Positions 7,208 to 16,072 of a stretch of 62,264 nucleotides of DNA are shown here, piece by piece. The position numbers were made by a program, and so were the translations under genes. The stretch lies in the IMG/VR virus record IMGVR_UViG_3300015078_000002, positions 1 to 62,264 of that record, one strand, 5' to 3'. Under the pieces are notes generated by a model. It was not told the origin of the DNA. It did no database searches and saw only the letters and a list, made by a program, of their open reading frames with translations. Within the stretch, counting starts at the first letter, position 1; every line of letters begins with the position of its first letter. The stretch is from a virus.

Positions 7208-8367
7208 TCTGGCTCCTTCGGTTCCTTGGGTTCGCGTGGCGCACGCCACGACTTGGGGAAATTGAACGGCCGCTTGCCGTCGATCTCGATGGTGTACGCG
7301 GCATCGGTGCGCGCGTTGATCTCGTCGAGCGTGGTTTGTAGCACGGATACGAGTTGGGATATCTCGCCAGCGGTGATCGCGGCTCGAGCGCTGCACCCAA
7401 TCGGCGCGTGGTCGCCCGCCGACTTGAGGCAGATCAGCGCGCGCTCGATCTCGCCTCGCTTCGCCGACAGCGCGAGTCTGGCATCGGCGCGCACGTCGTT
7501 GGCGATCCCCGCGAAGTCGATCTTGCGCGTCGCCTTGCTGCGCTTCCAGGTGACCTTCTCGGGCCGCCCCTTCCCGTTCTTCCACGTGAGCCCCGCGTTC
7601 TCACCGATCTTGAGCTTGAGCTTCTGGATGATCAGCGCGTGCTCGTCGTCGAGGTCGGCGCCCATCGCCCGCACCTTCTTCGCCCGCTCGATCAGCGTGA
7701 ACGTGTCGTTGTCGTCGCCGATGTCGATCAGCACGTCGGTGTTCGCCTTGTGCCGCGCCTTGAGCCACGCGTCGAACGACTCGGAGCCGTCGGGGTCCGG
7801 CACCGCGCCGCCGCGCACGTTGTCGATCAGGAACCGCTCCGCGCGCTCGCGCAGCATCTCGATCAGCTCGTCGTCGCGGTCGATGATGTAGTCCTCCGGC
7901 TGGTTGTCGATGTACGCCACGAGATCCCATCGCGACAGCCCGGTCACACCCATCGACCACACGCACTGCACGAGCTCCCACGGCGGCACCTCGTCGGTCC
8001 CGGGATCACCGTAGAGGTGGGCGACGCGGAACGTGTGATCCTTGATCTCAAGGCCCCGCACAGGCACCGCGCCGTCGTATCCGATGCCGTCCGGGGTGCA
8101 CATCTGCCAGCGCGCGTCCGGGTGCCCGAGCGTGCCAGGGACGTCGATTCTCAGCCCGCTGCGCTCCTCGTAGTCGCGTCGAATGACGGGTTCGACGAGG
8201 TCGCCCCAGCGCGTGCGCTTGTTGCCTGCGAACGGCTGGGCCTCGCCCCGTTTCTCACGCCAGACGTCGATCGCCGAGCGATAGGGATTGGCCCCGATGA
8301 TCGCCGCGACGTCGGTGGCGGTGATCCCTTCGAGGCGCCGAGCGAGCTGGTCGGGTGAGAGAGTCAC
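7204..8367 (-). CDS. YqaJ-like (lambda Exo-type) recombination exonuclease with long C-terminal extension
   Basis: GTG 8367. ...GITATDVAAIIGANPYRSAIDVWREKRG... is the typical YqaJ N-terminal signature. About 170 extra C-terminal residues. Confidence 0.8.
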   Translation of the reverse strand: MTLSPDQLARRLEGITATDVAAIIGANPYRSAIDVWREKRGEAQPFAGNKRTRWGDLVEPVIRRDYEERSGLRIDVPGTLGHPDARWQMCTPDGIGYDGAVPVRGLEIKDHTFRVAHLYGDPGTDEVPPWELVQCVWSMGVTGLSRWDLVAYIDNQPEDYIIDRDDELIEMLRERAERFLIDNVRGGAVPDPDGSESFDAWLKARHKANTDVLIDIGDDNDTFTLIERAKKVRAMGADLDDEHALIIQKLKLKIGENAGLTWKNGKGRPEKVTWKRSKATRKIDFAGIANDVRADARLALSAKRGEIERALICLKSAGDHAPIGCSARAAITAGEISQLVSVLQTTLDEINARTDAAYTIEIDGKRPFNFPKSWRAPREPKEPKEPE

Positions 8368-8495
8368 TGCGCCCTGCGCTTGTCGGTTGCGTCCGCCACG
8401 ATCGACTCGAAGCTGATATCCGGGCCGTCCAGCGTGAGGCTGCGCCCGACATGGCGGCCGTTGACCGTGAACGCGAACCACTTCCCGTCGGACAC
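8364..8495 (-). CDS. Small hypothetical protein (43 aa)
   Basis: GTG 8495. SDGKWFAFTVNGRHVGRSLTLDGPDISFESIVADATDKRRAQ. Near-uniform G/C third positions. GTGA overlap with the exonuclease start. Confidence 0.5.
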   Translation of the reverse strand: MSDGKWFAFTVNGRHVGRSLTLDGPDISFESIVADATDKRRAQ

Positions 8496-8497
8496 AG

Positions 8498-9346
8498 CTA
8501 CGGGGTCCCCGCGAGAACCAGACGCCCCGTCTCCTTCGCCACCTTGGCGCGGACCTCACCGAACGCGTCGCGCTCGATCTCTGCTCGACGGTGGAGCGTG
8601 TACGAGAACGCCGGCCGCCCCTCGACGAGCGCGAACCGGACCCGCGCCTCTACTTGGTATCGCGTCCCGCCCTCGAACACGGGCACCCCGATCATGAACG
8701 CCCGCGGGATCTGCGTCGACTTCGCATCCGTCTCCGTCTTGCACACGAAGATGCTGTCGCCGTTCGTCGGGTTGATCTCGCGCTGGAACGTGCCCTTGGT
8801 GAGGATGTTCAGCTGGCGCGCCACCATGAGGACGTCGGTCGGCTTGGGCATGCCGTCGGCGCCGACCATGTCTTCGAGCCGCGACTCGATGAAGTCCGCG
8901 AACGTGGTCTGGTTCATCGCCTTGCCGTCCCACGCGCACCACGCGACCCACTCGGGCGAGCGCGGGCAGGCGTAGACCGCGCGATGTGCCCTCATGGCAT
9001 CGGTCGTCGCGTCCGCGGGGTAGTCGTCGAGCACGGCCTCGAGCACGAAGCTGACCGAGTCGGCGTAGACCACGGTCGCATCCGAGCCCCAGCGCTTGAG
9101 GTGCGCGATCAGACTGTCGACCTCGGTCAGCTTCGTGGTGTTGGCACGCGGCGCCTCGACGAAGCGCTTGTCGAGCACCGCCAGCACGTCACCCATCAGT
9201 GCGATGCCGCCGCCCGCCGTGATGCTGATCGGGACCTTGACGTCGGGGTCCTGCGGGTGAGCTACCCACGTCACTCGGTCGGCCACCTTGACGGTGTCCG
9301 CGCCCGCCTTCACTGCCGCCGCGGTGTCACTTGGGTTCTCGCTCAC
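8498..9346 (-). CDS. DUF2303 (YfdQ)-like protein
   Basis: GTG 9346 after AAGGAG. ...IPRAFMIGVPVFEGGTRYQVEARVRFAL... and the size match my recall of the prophage DUF2303 family found near recombination genes. Confidence 0.45.
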   Translation of the reverse strand: MSENPSDTAAAVKAGADTVKVADRVTWVAHPQDPDVKVPISITAGGGIALMGDVLAVLDKRFVEAPRANTTKLTEVDSLIAHLKRWGSDATVVYADSVSFVLEAVLDDYPADATTDAMRAHRAVYACPRSPEWVAWCAWDGKAMNQTTFADFIESRLEDMVGADGMPKPTDVLMVARQLNILTKGTFQREINPTNGDSIFVCKTETDAKSTQIPRAFMIGVPVFEGGTRYQVEARVRFALVEGRPAFSYTLHRRAEIERDAFGEVRAKVAKETGRLVLAGTP

Positions 9347-9690
9347 GATGGCTCCTTGCTGCCCTTGATCGGGTTGATGTCGAGCACCTTGCGCGGCAGG
9401 CTCATTTGCCTCGGATCCTCGGTGACCAGCGCGCCGCTTTCGGTCACGTAGTACGCGGCGCCCGGCAGCGCGGCCATCGGCTTGGTGACCTTGACCTTCG
9501 CCTTGCACTCCGCGAGACCGTCGAGCGCGCCGATGGAGATCGTCAGGTTGATCATCCCCTTGCCGCCGTTGGCCTGGCAGGCGCCGATCACCTCGCGCAT
9601 GACGTTGCCGAGCTGCTTGTTGGTAGCGCCGTGGCCGAACTCCTGCAGCCACAGTGCGAAATTAAAATCGTCGTCGGTTGGCCTGCCCAT
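9343..9690 (-). CDS. Hypothetical protein (115 aa)
   Basis: ATG 9690 after AAGGAGA. MGRPTDDDFNFALWLQEFGHGATNKQLGNVMREV... Confidence 0.65.
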   Translation of the reverse strand: MGRPTDDDFNFALWLQEFGHGATNKQLGNVMREVIGACQANGGKGMINLTISIGALDGLAECKAKVKVTKPMAALPGAAYYVTESGALVTEDPRQMSLPRKVLDINPIKGSKEPS

Positions 9691-9708
9691 GGATCTCCTT
9701 GTGGACGC

Positions 9709-9725
9709 GTAGTGTAGCTGTAAAC
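9709..9725 (+). promoter_or_regulatory. Plus-strand copy of the GTAGC-N6-GTAAAC motif upstream of the endolysin
   Basis: GTAGT-GTAGCT-GTAAAC. TAGCAT (9738-9743) lies 6 nt before ATG 9750. Confidence 0.4.
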
Positions 9726-9749
9726 CTGCCCGAGTGATAGCATCCGCGG

Positions 9750-10586
9750 ATGACAACGATCTTGCGAGCGCTCATGAACTGGCTCAACGCGCGACCGACA
9801 TCCTCGACGGCGCCCGACCCACCGCCCGCGCCGCCCGCGCCAGACCCAACGCCCGAGCCACTGCCTGTCAAGTCGCCGCTCTTTGTGGCCGGCCTTTGGC
9901 GTGGTTCGCGCTACGCATCCGCCAACCCGAGCCGCGTGGGCGCCCTCATCGATCCTGAGTTCGTCGTCGAGCACACGACCGACATGCACCCGGACGGCTG
10001 GAACGCGCTGGTCACCGCGTGGACAATGACGCCCGGGAATGGGGCATGTGCGCACTTCTTGATCGGTCGCACGCCCGAGCAGGGCGTCGTCCAATTCGTC
10101 CCGATCACGCGCAACGCGAACCACGCCGGCGGCACCACGCACGGCTGGTTCGTGATCAAGGGCGTGCGCTCCCACCCAAACCTGAAGGCGATCGGCATCG
10201 AGATCCACTGCGCCGGCCGCCTGCGAATGAGCGACGGGGTCTGGCGCTGGGGCGAGAACGACGGCAATGGCTGGGTCGCCAAGGGCGCCGCGATCCCGGA
10301 TGCCGAGGTAGAGCCGATCACCCCTTCGACCGGATTTCACCTACCGACCGCCTACCAGATCGCCATGCTGACCCGACTCGAGTTCGACCTCGCCGCCATG
10401 CTGCGCCCGCTGACCGACCGCAACTGGTTGCTGATTCCGAACCCACCGGACCACTGGCCAGCGTGGGCCAAGCCCCTACGCCCGATGGTCCCCGTGCTCG
10501 GCCATGTCCACCTGGACCCGACGAACCGCGAAGACCCCGGCCCGGCGTTGTGCGAGCGGATCTCAAAGTTGACATGGGGTACTTGA
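9750..10586 (+). CDS. N-acetylmuramoyl-L-alanine amidase endolysin (Amidase_2/PGRP type)
   Basis: HFLIGR...ANHAGG...AIGIEIHCAG...GHVHLDPTNREDPGP matches the T7-lysozyme/PGRP amidase signature. Pro-rich N-terminal linker. Confidence 0.8.
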   Translation: MTTILRALMNWLNARPTSSTAPDPPPAPPAPDPTPEPLPVKSPLFVAGLWRGSRYASANPSRVGALIDPEFVVEHTTDMHPDGWNALVTAWTMTPGNGACAHFLIGRTPEQGVVQFVPITRNANHAGGTTHGWFVIKGVRSHPNLKAIGIEIHCAGRLRMSDGVWRWGENDGNGWVAKGAAIPDAEVEPITPSTGFHLPTAYQIAMLTRLEFDLAAMLRPLTDRNWLLIPNPPDHWPAWAKPLRPMVPVLGHVHLDPTNREDPGPALCERISKLTWGT

Positions 10587-10611
10587 CAACGGTTTACTGC
10601 GACGCTACAAA
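10583..10611 (+). promoter_or_regulatory. Sigma70-like promoter candidate (leaderless geometry)
   Basis: TTGACA (10583-10588, overlapping the amidase TGA), 17 nt, TACAAA (10606-10611), 6 nt, ATG 10618. Spacer holds GTTTAC-N6-GCTAC (10592-10608). Confidence 0.55.
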
Positions 10612-10617
10612 CCGGAC

Positions 10618-10845
10618 ATGACGAAACGAACCCAAGCGGTGCTCGGCCTACTCGCCGAATCGGCGCAGCTCACCGCTCTCGAGATCGCGGACAAGCTGCA
10701 GCTCGCGACCGGCAACGCGGTGACGGCCTCGCTCGTGTCGATCTGCGATCAGGGGTTGGCGAACCGCGTGGCCGGCGCGGTCAGGCGCTACGAGGTGACC
10801 GCCCGCGGTCGCGAGGTGTGGCGTACCCTTCAGGAGCGGCCATGA
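10618..10845 (+). CDS. Winged-helix (MarR-like) DNA-binding protein
   Basis: MTKRTQAVLGLLAESAQLTALEIADKLQLATGNAVTASLVSICDQGLANRV... wHTH-like pattern. Confidence 0.5.
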   Translation: MTKRTQAVLGLLAESAQLTALEIADKLQLATGNAVTASLVSICDQGLANRVAGAVRRYEVTARGREVWRTLQERP

Positions 10846-11330
10846 AGATTCTGATCGCCCTGATCGCCCTGATCGCGTTCACCGGCTGCGCCGGCACCTT
10901 CGGCGCGACTGCCCCCGAGCGCCCGCGCACCAGCTGGTTCGAACCGCGCGACACCGCGCTCGAAACCGCGTGGGTGGCGACATCGGCGCTGACCGCGTGC
11001 GACTCGGCCGGCACGATCTGGTCCACGAACTTCGGGGCCTATAACCGCGTCACGAGCCCAGGCATGGTGCTCGGCGAACGCAACCCGATGGTCACCGCAC
11101 TACTCGGCGACCACCCCGGCCCGGCCGCGTTCGTGGTCAGCGGGCTGGTCACGATCGGCGCCTCCTACGCGGTCACCAGGGCCCCGTTGCCTCGCTGGGT
11201 CCGCTGGACGTTGCTCGGGGGCCTTGGCGCCGTGGAGAGTTTCGCCGTGGCCGCCAACGCGCGCTACGCGGGCGCGTGCGGACTGGCCGGTGTCACGGAC
11301 ATGCCACTCTCGATGCCCGGCGCCCGCTAG
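10842..11330 (+). CDS. Lipoprotein with C-terminal hydrophobic segments (spanin-like candidate)
   Basis: ATGA overlap. MKILIALIALIAFTGC has the lipobox FTGC. Two hydrophobic stretches lie near the C-terminus. Adjacent to the endolysin. Confidence 0.6.
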   Translation: MKILIALIALIAFTGCAGTFGATAPERPRTSWFEPRDTALETAWVATSALTACDSAGTIWSTNFGAYNRVTSPGMVLGERNPMVTALLGDHPGPAAFVVSGLVTIGASYAVTRAPLPRWVRWTLLGGLGAVESFAVAANARYAGACGLAGVTDMPLSMPGAR

Positions 11331-11334
11331 CCCG

Positions 11335-11607
11335 TCACGGTGTCCCGGCAGCGCTTCCGACGCCGGCATCGCCTCGCGTGGTAGTCGCCGCGCCTGGGCA
11401 ATCCTTGCGCGCCTGGGCATACGACGCTGCGAGGCCCATCTGCTCGGCCTGGGATGCCCCGTGCTGTCCGAGCAAGCCCGCCGAGAACTGCTCGAGCATC
11501 ATGAGGTCGGTGCACAGAACCGCACGGTTCGGATCGCTGGTAACGATCCGATTCGTCGGCTGCGACTGGCAGCCGACGAGCGCGAGCAGCAACCATGTCG
11601 CCTTCAC
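11335..11607 (-). CDS. Small lipoprotein (90 aa; o-spanin-like candidate)
   Basis: GTG 11607 in a GTGA overlap. KATWLLLALVGCQSQ has the lipobox LVGC. Converges on the plus-strand lipoprotein gene with a 4-nt gap. Confidence 0.55.
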   Translation of the reverse strand: MKATWLLLALVGCQSQPTNRIVTSDPNRAVLCTDLMMLEQFSAGLLGQHGASQAEQMGLAASYAQARKDCPGAATTTRGDAGVGSAAGTP

Positions 11608-12458
11608 AGTCGGCGCCCCGCGGGAAGCTGCCACGTCACGCCGCCGGCATGCGTTCGCAACTTCTCGAGCGCGGCACGGCTCGGTTCCGTCGGCGCCACC
11701 GCGGCGCGCGCGACATTGACATCCGGTGTCACAACCGCGGGCGGGTGCAGCGCGGCCCAGAACTCAGCGAACGCGCATTGGCCGACCGCGGAGCCTTCGT
11801 GCTCGGCATCGGCCACCAGCTTATTCCAGTCCACCGGCCCCGTTCCGACCACGCTCTGCGCCGCGTCGCCAACGAGCTCGAGCGCCACAACGAGCACCGC
11901 CGACGCGTCCTGCTTCGTGCAGTCGACGATCGCATGACCGGCCGCGTCGACGATCGGCGTTGCGTGAGCGCACCCGGCTGCGAGCGCGACCAACATGATC
12001 GCGGTGAACTTCGCCGCTGGTAGCACCGGGCTAGAACTCACCTTGTCGGCCGCAGCTTGCGCGCCTGGTAGGTGATCCTTGATCCACTCCCAGAATCCGG
12101 CCGCCGTCGCCGCAGTCGTGAGCGCGGTGATGATCATCACGATGTCCGGCTTCGCCCCGGCTGCGAGCGCAGCCCCGAACGTTGCCGCCAACGAGATACC
12201 AAAGGCCAGCAGCAAGCCTCCGGTCTTTGACTTGATGAACTCGGGTCCGAACCTGCGCAGCGGGTAGACCAGCGCGATCAAGCCGAGCCCCACGACGAGT
12301 CCCCAGTTCTTGCTCGTCAGCGCCATGTAGATCGCCTTGAGCCACCCGGCCGCATCGACGTCGGGCGGTGGTGGCGCGTCAGCGGCGAGCGCGAGACCAG
12401 TGAGGTACAAGAGCGCGAGCGCGACGAAGAGCGTGAGTCTTGACAGTGATCGGGGCAT
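11604..12458 (-). CDS. Multi-pass membrane protein (holin-like N-terminal half) with an in-frame internal lipobox
   Basis: ATG 12458 after AAAGGAG. N-terminal signal/TM plus 3 TM-like segments, then ...KFTAIMLVALAAGCAHA (Cys codon 11972-11970) and a soluble Cys-containing C-terminal half. Confidence 0.6.
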   Translation of the reverse strand: MPRSLSRLTLFVALALLYLTGLALAADAPPPPDVDAAGWLKAIYMALTSKNWGLVVGLGLIALVYPLRRFGPEFIKSKTGGLLLAFGISLAATFGAALAAGAKPDIVMIITALTTAATAAGFWEWIKDHLPGAQAAADKVSSSPVLPAAKFTAIMLVALAAGCAHATPIVDAAGHAIVDCTKQDASAVLVVALELVGDAAQSVVGTGPVDWNKLVADAEHEGSAVGQCAFAEFWAALHPPAVVTPDVNVARAAVAPTEPSRAALEKLRTHAGGVTWQLPAGRRL

Positions 12459-12476
12459 GTGGAACTCCTTTGTTCC

Positions 12477-12505
12477 ACGATACACGTTTACTGCGCCGCT
12501 GTCAC
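12477..12505 (-). promoter_or_regulatory. Sigma70-like promoter candidate
   Basis: GTGACA (12505-12500), 17 nt, TATCGT (12482-12477). Spacer holds ACAGC-N6-GTAAAC (12502-12486). Followed by an SD and ATG 12458. Confidence 0.4.
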
Positions 12506-13080
12506 GGCGCGTTGACGACGGGGTCCACGATGAACATCCGCGGCCCGATCACGTGTGTGCGGATGCCGCCGGCGATCGTCACGACGTCGAGCCAATAGAT
12601 CTTCGCGGCGATGTCGGTATCTGCGCTCGAGCCTGTGACGTCGGCCATGCCAAGCGTGTCGCCCGACTGGGTGAGCAGCGCGATCCCAGCGCCGATCGTC
12701 TTCCTGATCAGCGCCGGGTCGGGGCCATCGAGCACCGGCTTGACTTCGAACTCGATCGCGATCCCCGTCAGATCGACCGGCTCGGGCGGATCTTTGTCGT
12801 CGGTCACGGTGAGCCGGAAAGTGAACGAGTCGCCGCGATACACCCGCACTGGTCCAATGAGGTCAATCACGATGGGTCCAATCTGTTGGAGGGTGCCATA
12901 CGTCGACGTACGAGCAAGCCAACCCTCGAGCTCGGGCCACCGCTGCAACGCACTGTAGAGCGACCTCACTCGAGCGATCTCGCCGCGCGCCGGCCGTACC
13001 GTCGTCGGCGGAACCGCGTCGCCGACCTGGCCGTCCCACGCCCCATCCCACGCCCCATCCCATTGCCCGCTCCAGCTCAC
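12502..13080 (-). CDS. Tail-fibre-associated protein with Ig-like (BppU_N-like) segment
   Basis: GTG 13080 in a GTGA overlap. SWSGQWDGAWDGAWDGQ... then YRGDSFTFRLTVTDD...PVDLTGIAIEFEVK. Last gene of the fibre block. Confidence 0.5.
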   Translation of the reverse strand: MSWSGQWDGAWDGAWDGQVGDAVPPTTVRPARGEIARVRSLYSALQRWPELEGWLARTSTYGTLQQIGPIVIDLIGPVRVYRGDSFTFRLTVTDDKDPPEPVDLTGIAIEFEVKPVLDGPDPALIRKTIGAGIALLTQSGDTLGMADVTGSSADTDIAAKIYWLDVVTIAGGIRTHVIGPRMFIVDPVVNAP

Positions 13081-14984
13081 GTCGGGTCGACCGTCACCAC
13101 GGTTCGCCCGTCCGTCGTCACCGTGCCCGTGATCGCGTCCTTGGTGTCCGCGAGGTCGCGGTAGACGTACGCGCCGCCGATGACGCCGGTCAGCTTGCCG
13201 ACTTCGCGCCGCAGGATCGTGCGGATCGCCCCGGCGAGGTCGATCCCGTTCTCGATCACCGTCGCCAGTACCCCGACCGCGATCGTCGCGATTGCGCCGC
13301 CGACCAGCGACTGCACGCCCGCCTTGATGTTCCCGCCGCCGTCGAGCGCCGCGGGGATCCGCGTCTGGATGTTGTCGGTATCGGCTTGCAGCGAGATCAC
13401 CGCCGCAGCCGTCCCCGTCGACAGCGCGCCGATCGTCGTAACGTCGCCCGACACCGATGCCAGAGCCGAGGCCGAGGCTCGCGTGCTCGTGGCGACGTCC
13501 ACGCGGTCCAGGGCCGCGGCACGGCCGGGCGTGAGGTCCGCGTTGGATACCGCCGTAGACGCTGGTGCCCTCGATCCGATGTCGACGTCGAGGTGCGCGG
13601 CCCGTGCAGTCGTGTAGTCGGTGCGCAGCTGGATGTCGGCGACGTTCGGGATCCCTGGCGTTGTCGCAGCAACCGCGGTGCCGAGCCACGAACCCACGTC
13701 GGCCGGCACGCGACCAGAGACCAGCGCGGCAGGCGTTCTCGCCTGCAGGTCGTCGGTGTCTGCCTGGACGGCTGCGAGCGCGGATGACGTCGCCAGCGTC
13801 GAAGATGCGACGTCGAGACGGGTCAGGTTGTCGAATAGCCCGCCGCGTATCGCGGTCAGTCGCGCGACGAGCGCCGTGGTATCGGTCTGTACGAGTCCGA
13901 GCGCCGTCGCGGTCGCCAGCGTACTCACAGCGACGTCGAGCCTCGCGAGATTGTCTAGCAATCCTGCACGCGTCGCCGTGAGTCGCCCGGTCAACGTGGT
14001 CAGGTCCGCCTGCGCCGTGGTGAGCGCGCTCGCGGCGGCCAGCGTCGACGAGGCGACATCCAGCCGATCAAGGTTGTTCGCTCGGCCATTGGTCCACTGC
14101 ACGTTACTGAGCGCAGTCGCCGCGAGCGCGAGACCTGCTTGGATCGTCGTGACCGCGCCAGCGATCACCGACGAGATCTCGACCTTCGGAACACCGGCCA
14201 CCGTTGGAGCAGCAGCAGCTGTACCCAGCCATGCTTCGACGTCGCTGTTCATTCGCCCGCCGATGAGCGCAGCCGGCAAACGAGCCTGGATATCGCTCGC
14301 GCTGGTCTGCAGCGTCGTTTGGGCCGCGCCGGTACCGAGCCCAGACTGAATCTTCGTGACCGCACCGGCGGCCACCTGCGCCGCCCCGATCGCATCAGTC
14401 GCGATCACCGTCGCCGTGATCGCGTTCGCGGCGAACGTCGTCGCGGTGATCGCGCCGGTACCCAGCGCGCCGATATTCGCGTCGATCTTGCCGCTGACCA
14501 GCGCTGCGGGTAGACGGGTCTGGATGTCGTCGGTGTCGGCTTGCACAGTCGCCAGCGCTGCGCTCGTGGCCAGCCCCGACTGGATCGACGTGATAGCGCC
14601 CGCTGCGACTGTGAGCGCGTTCACGTCGTTGGTGTCCTGCAGTACCGTGAACCCGATTGACCTGCTGGTAGCCGTGGTGATCTTGACCGTGATATCCCAT
14701 CCGGTGTTGAGTAGATCGAGCGGCCACGAGAACCGCTGCGACTGCACTCCGCTCAGCGTCACCAGATCGTGAAGCAGTCCAGCCGACCCACCGGCGACCG
14801 CCTTGTAGAACCGGACCTCCATGATGTCGCCAGCGACCATCGCGCTCGCGTCGATCACCGCCTGCACGTACCCGGTCGTGGTCATCGGCGACGCGCTGTT
14901 GTACGTCGCATTCTTCGTGATCGAGAACTCCACGTTCTGCGTGCACGTGTGAGTGGTGTCCTGAACCGTGGTGAAGTTCGCCAT
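13077..14984 (-). CDS. Tail fibre protein with internal repeats
   Basis: 635 aa, Ala/Thr-rich. QADTDDIQTRLPAAL-type segment occurs 4 times and LDxLxRLDVAxSTLA-type segment 3 times. Located distal to the baseplate genes. Confidence 0.7.
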   Translation of the reverse strand: MANFTTVQDTTHTCTQNVEFSITKNATYNSASPMTTTGYVQAVIDASAMVAGDIMEVRFYKAVAGGSAGLLHDLVTLSGVQSQRFSWPLDLLNTGWDITVKITTATSRSIGFTVLQDTNDVNALTVAAGAITSIQSGLATSAALATVQADTDDIQTRLPAALVSGKIDANIGALGTGAITATTFAANAITATVIATDAIGAAQVAAGAVTKIQSGLGTGAAQTTLQTSASDIQARLPAALIGGRMNSDVEAWLGTAAAAPTVAGVPKVEISSVIAGAVTTIQAGLALAATALSNVQWTNGRANNLDRLDVASSTLAAASALTTAQADLTTLTGRLTATRAGLLDNLARLDVAVSTLATATALGLVQTDTTALVARLTAIRGGLFDNLTRLDVASSTLATSSALAAVQADTDDLQARTPAALVSGRVPADVGSWLGTAVAATTPGIPNVADIQLRTDYTTARAAHLDVDIGSRAPASTAVSNADLTPGRAAALDRVDVATSTRASASALASVSGDVTTIGALSTGTAAAVISLQADTDNIQTRIPAALDGGGNIKAGVQSLVGGAIATIAVGVLATVIENGIDLAGAIRTILRREVGKLTGVIGGAYVYRDLADTKDAITGTVTTDGRTVVTVDPT

Positions 14985-14986
14985 TG

Positions 14987-15232
14987 TTACACCGTCCTCG
15001 TCAGCGCCGTGTATCGCGGCAGTTGCTGGGTCGGGATCGGCTGGGTGACAGTCAGCGTGATGACGTTTGCCCCTGTGACGTTGAAGTCGATCGACACGAT
15101 GTCACCCGAGTAACCGCCCGTGCCATCGCGCAGGTGTTGCAGGAAGATTAGTAGATCCGTGTACGCGGTGACACGCTTGGCCGCGAGGTTCGGCGCGACG
15201 ATCGGGATAGAGACGTAGGTCGCGTTGGCCAT
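14987..15232 (-). CDS. Hypothetical tail-module protein (81 aa)
   Basis: MANATYVSIPIVAPNLAAKRVTAYTDLLIFLQHLRDG... Sits between fibre-like genes. Confidence 0.6.
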   Translation of the reverse strand: MANATYVSIPIVAPNLAAKRVTAYTDLLIFLQHLRDGTGGYSGDIVSIDFNVTGANVITLTVTQPIPTQQLPRYTALTRTV

Positions 15233-16072
15233 CTACCCACCCGTCCCGTGTGCAATCACCGACAGACCTGTGAGCGCAGTGCCGCCGGCCGCACGCCCCC
15301 GAACAAACACCCCGTCCCCGACGTTGCCCTGACCCCGCGTGCTGATCGACTTGAAGTAGTGAGTCTCGGCCGTCGTCGTCACGTTGGCCAAGTCGGCGAT
15401 GACGACCCGCTTGTTGCTGGCATCTCCGATGCCGAGATCCCATGTCCCGATGTTGTTGTTCTGGATCGAGTTGTTGATGCAGATTCCTAGATTCCAGGCC
15501 CATATCGGCGCGGTCAGCGCCGACCCGAGCTGTATCCACGCCGAGCTAGCGCCGGCTGATCCCGGCGTGATCGCAGTCCCCGAGCTTGTCGCTGGCGACG
15601 ATCCGAACGCCTGCACGAACGATCCGGCGCGCGGAGCGACCGGACCGGTGGGTCGCCCGACCAACTGAATGAACACCGTGCTCGTGCCGACCACCGCGTT
15701 GTTGGTACTGACCGCGACCGCGATTGACGAGCCAGCCCTGATCCCGAGCTCGAAGTAGTACCAGATCCCTAGGCCGCCCGTGCCTGACAGGGCACCGGCG
15801 CTGCTGCACGCGATGTCGATGATCTTGTCGACGAACGCTGTACCGCCGGCCGGGTCAACGCCGATCTTGGCGAGCGCGTCCTTGGCGAGCCCACTGACCC
15901 CGATGTTGCTGATGTTGAGCCACAGCCCGTAGACGTCGTCTACAGCGACGATCACCTGAGAGTAGGCGCTGTACACGTTGTTCCCTGGCACGATCGTGCT
16001 GCCCACTGCGAGCGCCAGGTTCGCGCTCATCAGGTTCGCGGTCCACTCGTTGATCGGAGCGCGGACCGTCAC
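15233..16072 (-). CDS. Tail fibre / receptor-binding candidate (279 aa)
   Basis: Clean ORF, Gly/Ser/Ala/Asn-rich and beta-looking. Position within the fibre block. No family recognised. Confidence 0.55.
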   Translation of the reverse strand: MTVRAPINEWTANLMSANLALAVGSTIVPGNNVYSAYSQVIVAVDDVYGLWLNISNIGVSGLAKDALAKIGVDPAGGTAFVDKIIDIACSSAGALSGTGGLGIWYYFELGIRAGSSIAVAVSTNNAVVGTSTVFIQLVGRPTGPVAPRAGSFVQAFGSSPATSSGTAITPGSAGASSAWIQLGSALTAPIWAWNLGICINNSIQNNNIGTWDLGIGDASNKRVVIADLANVTTTAETHYFKSISTRGQGNVGDGVFVRGRAAGGTALTGLSVIAHGTGG

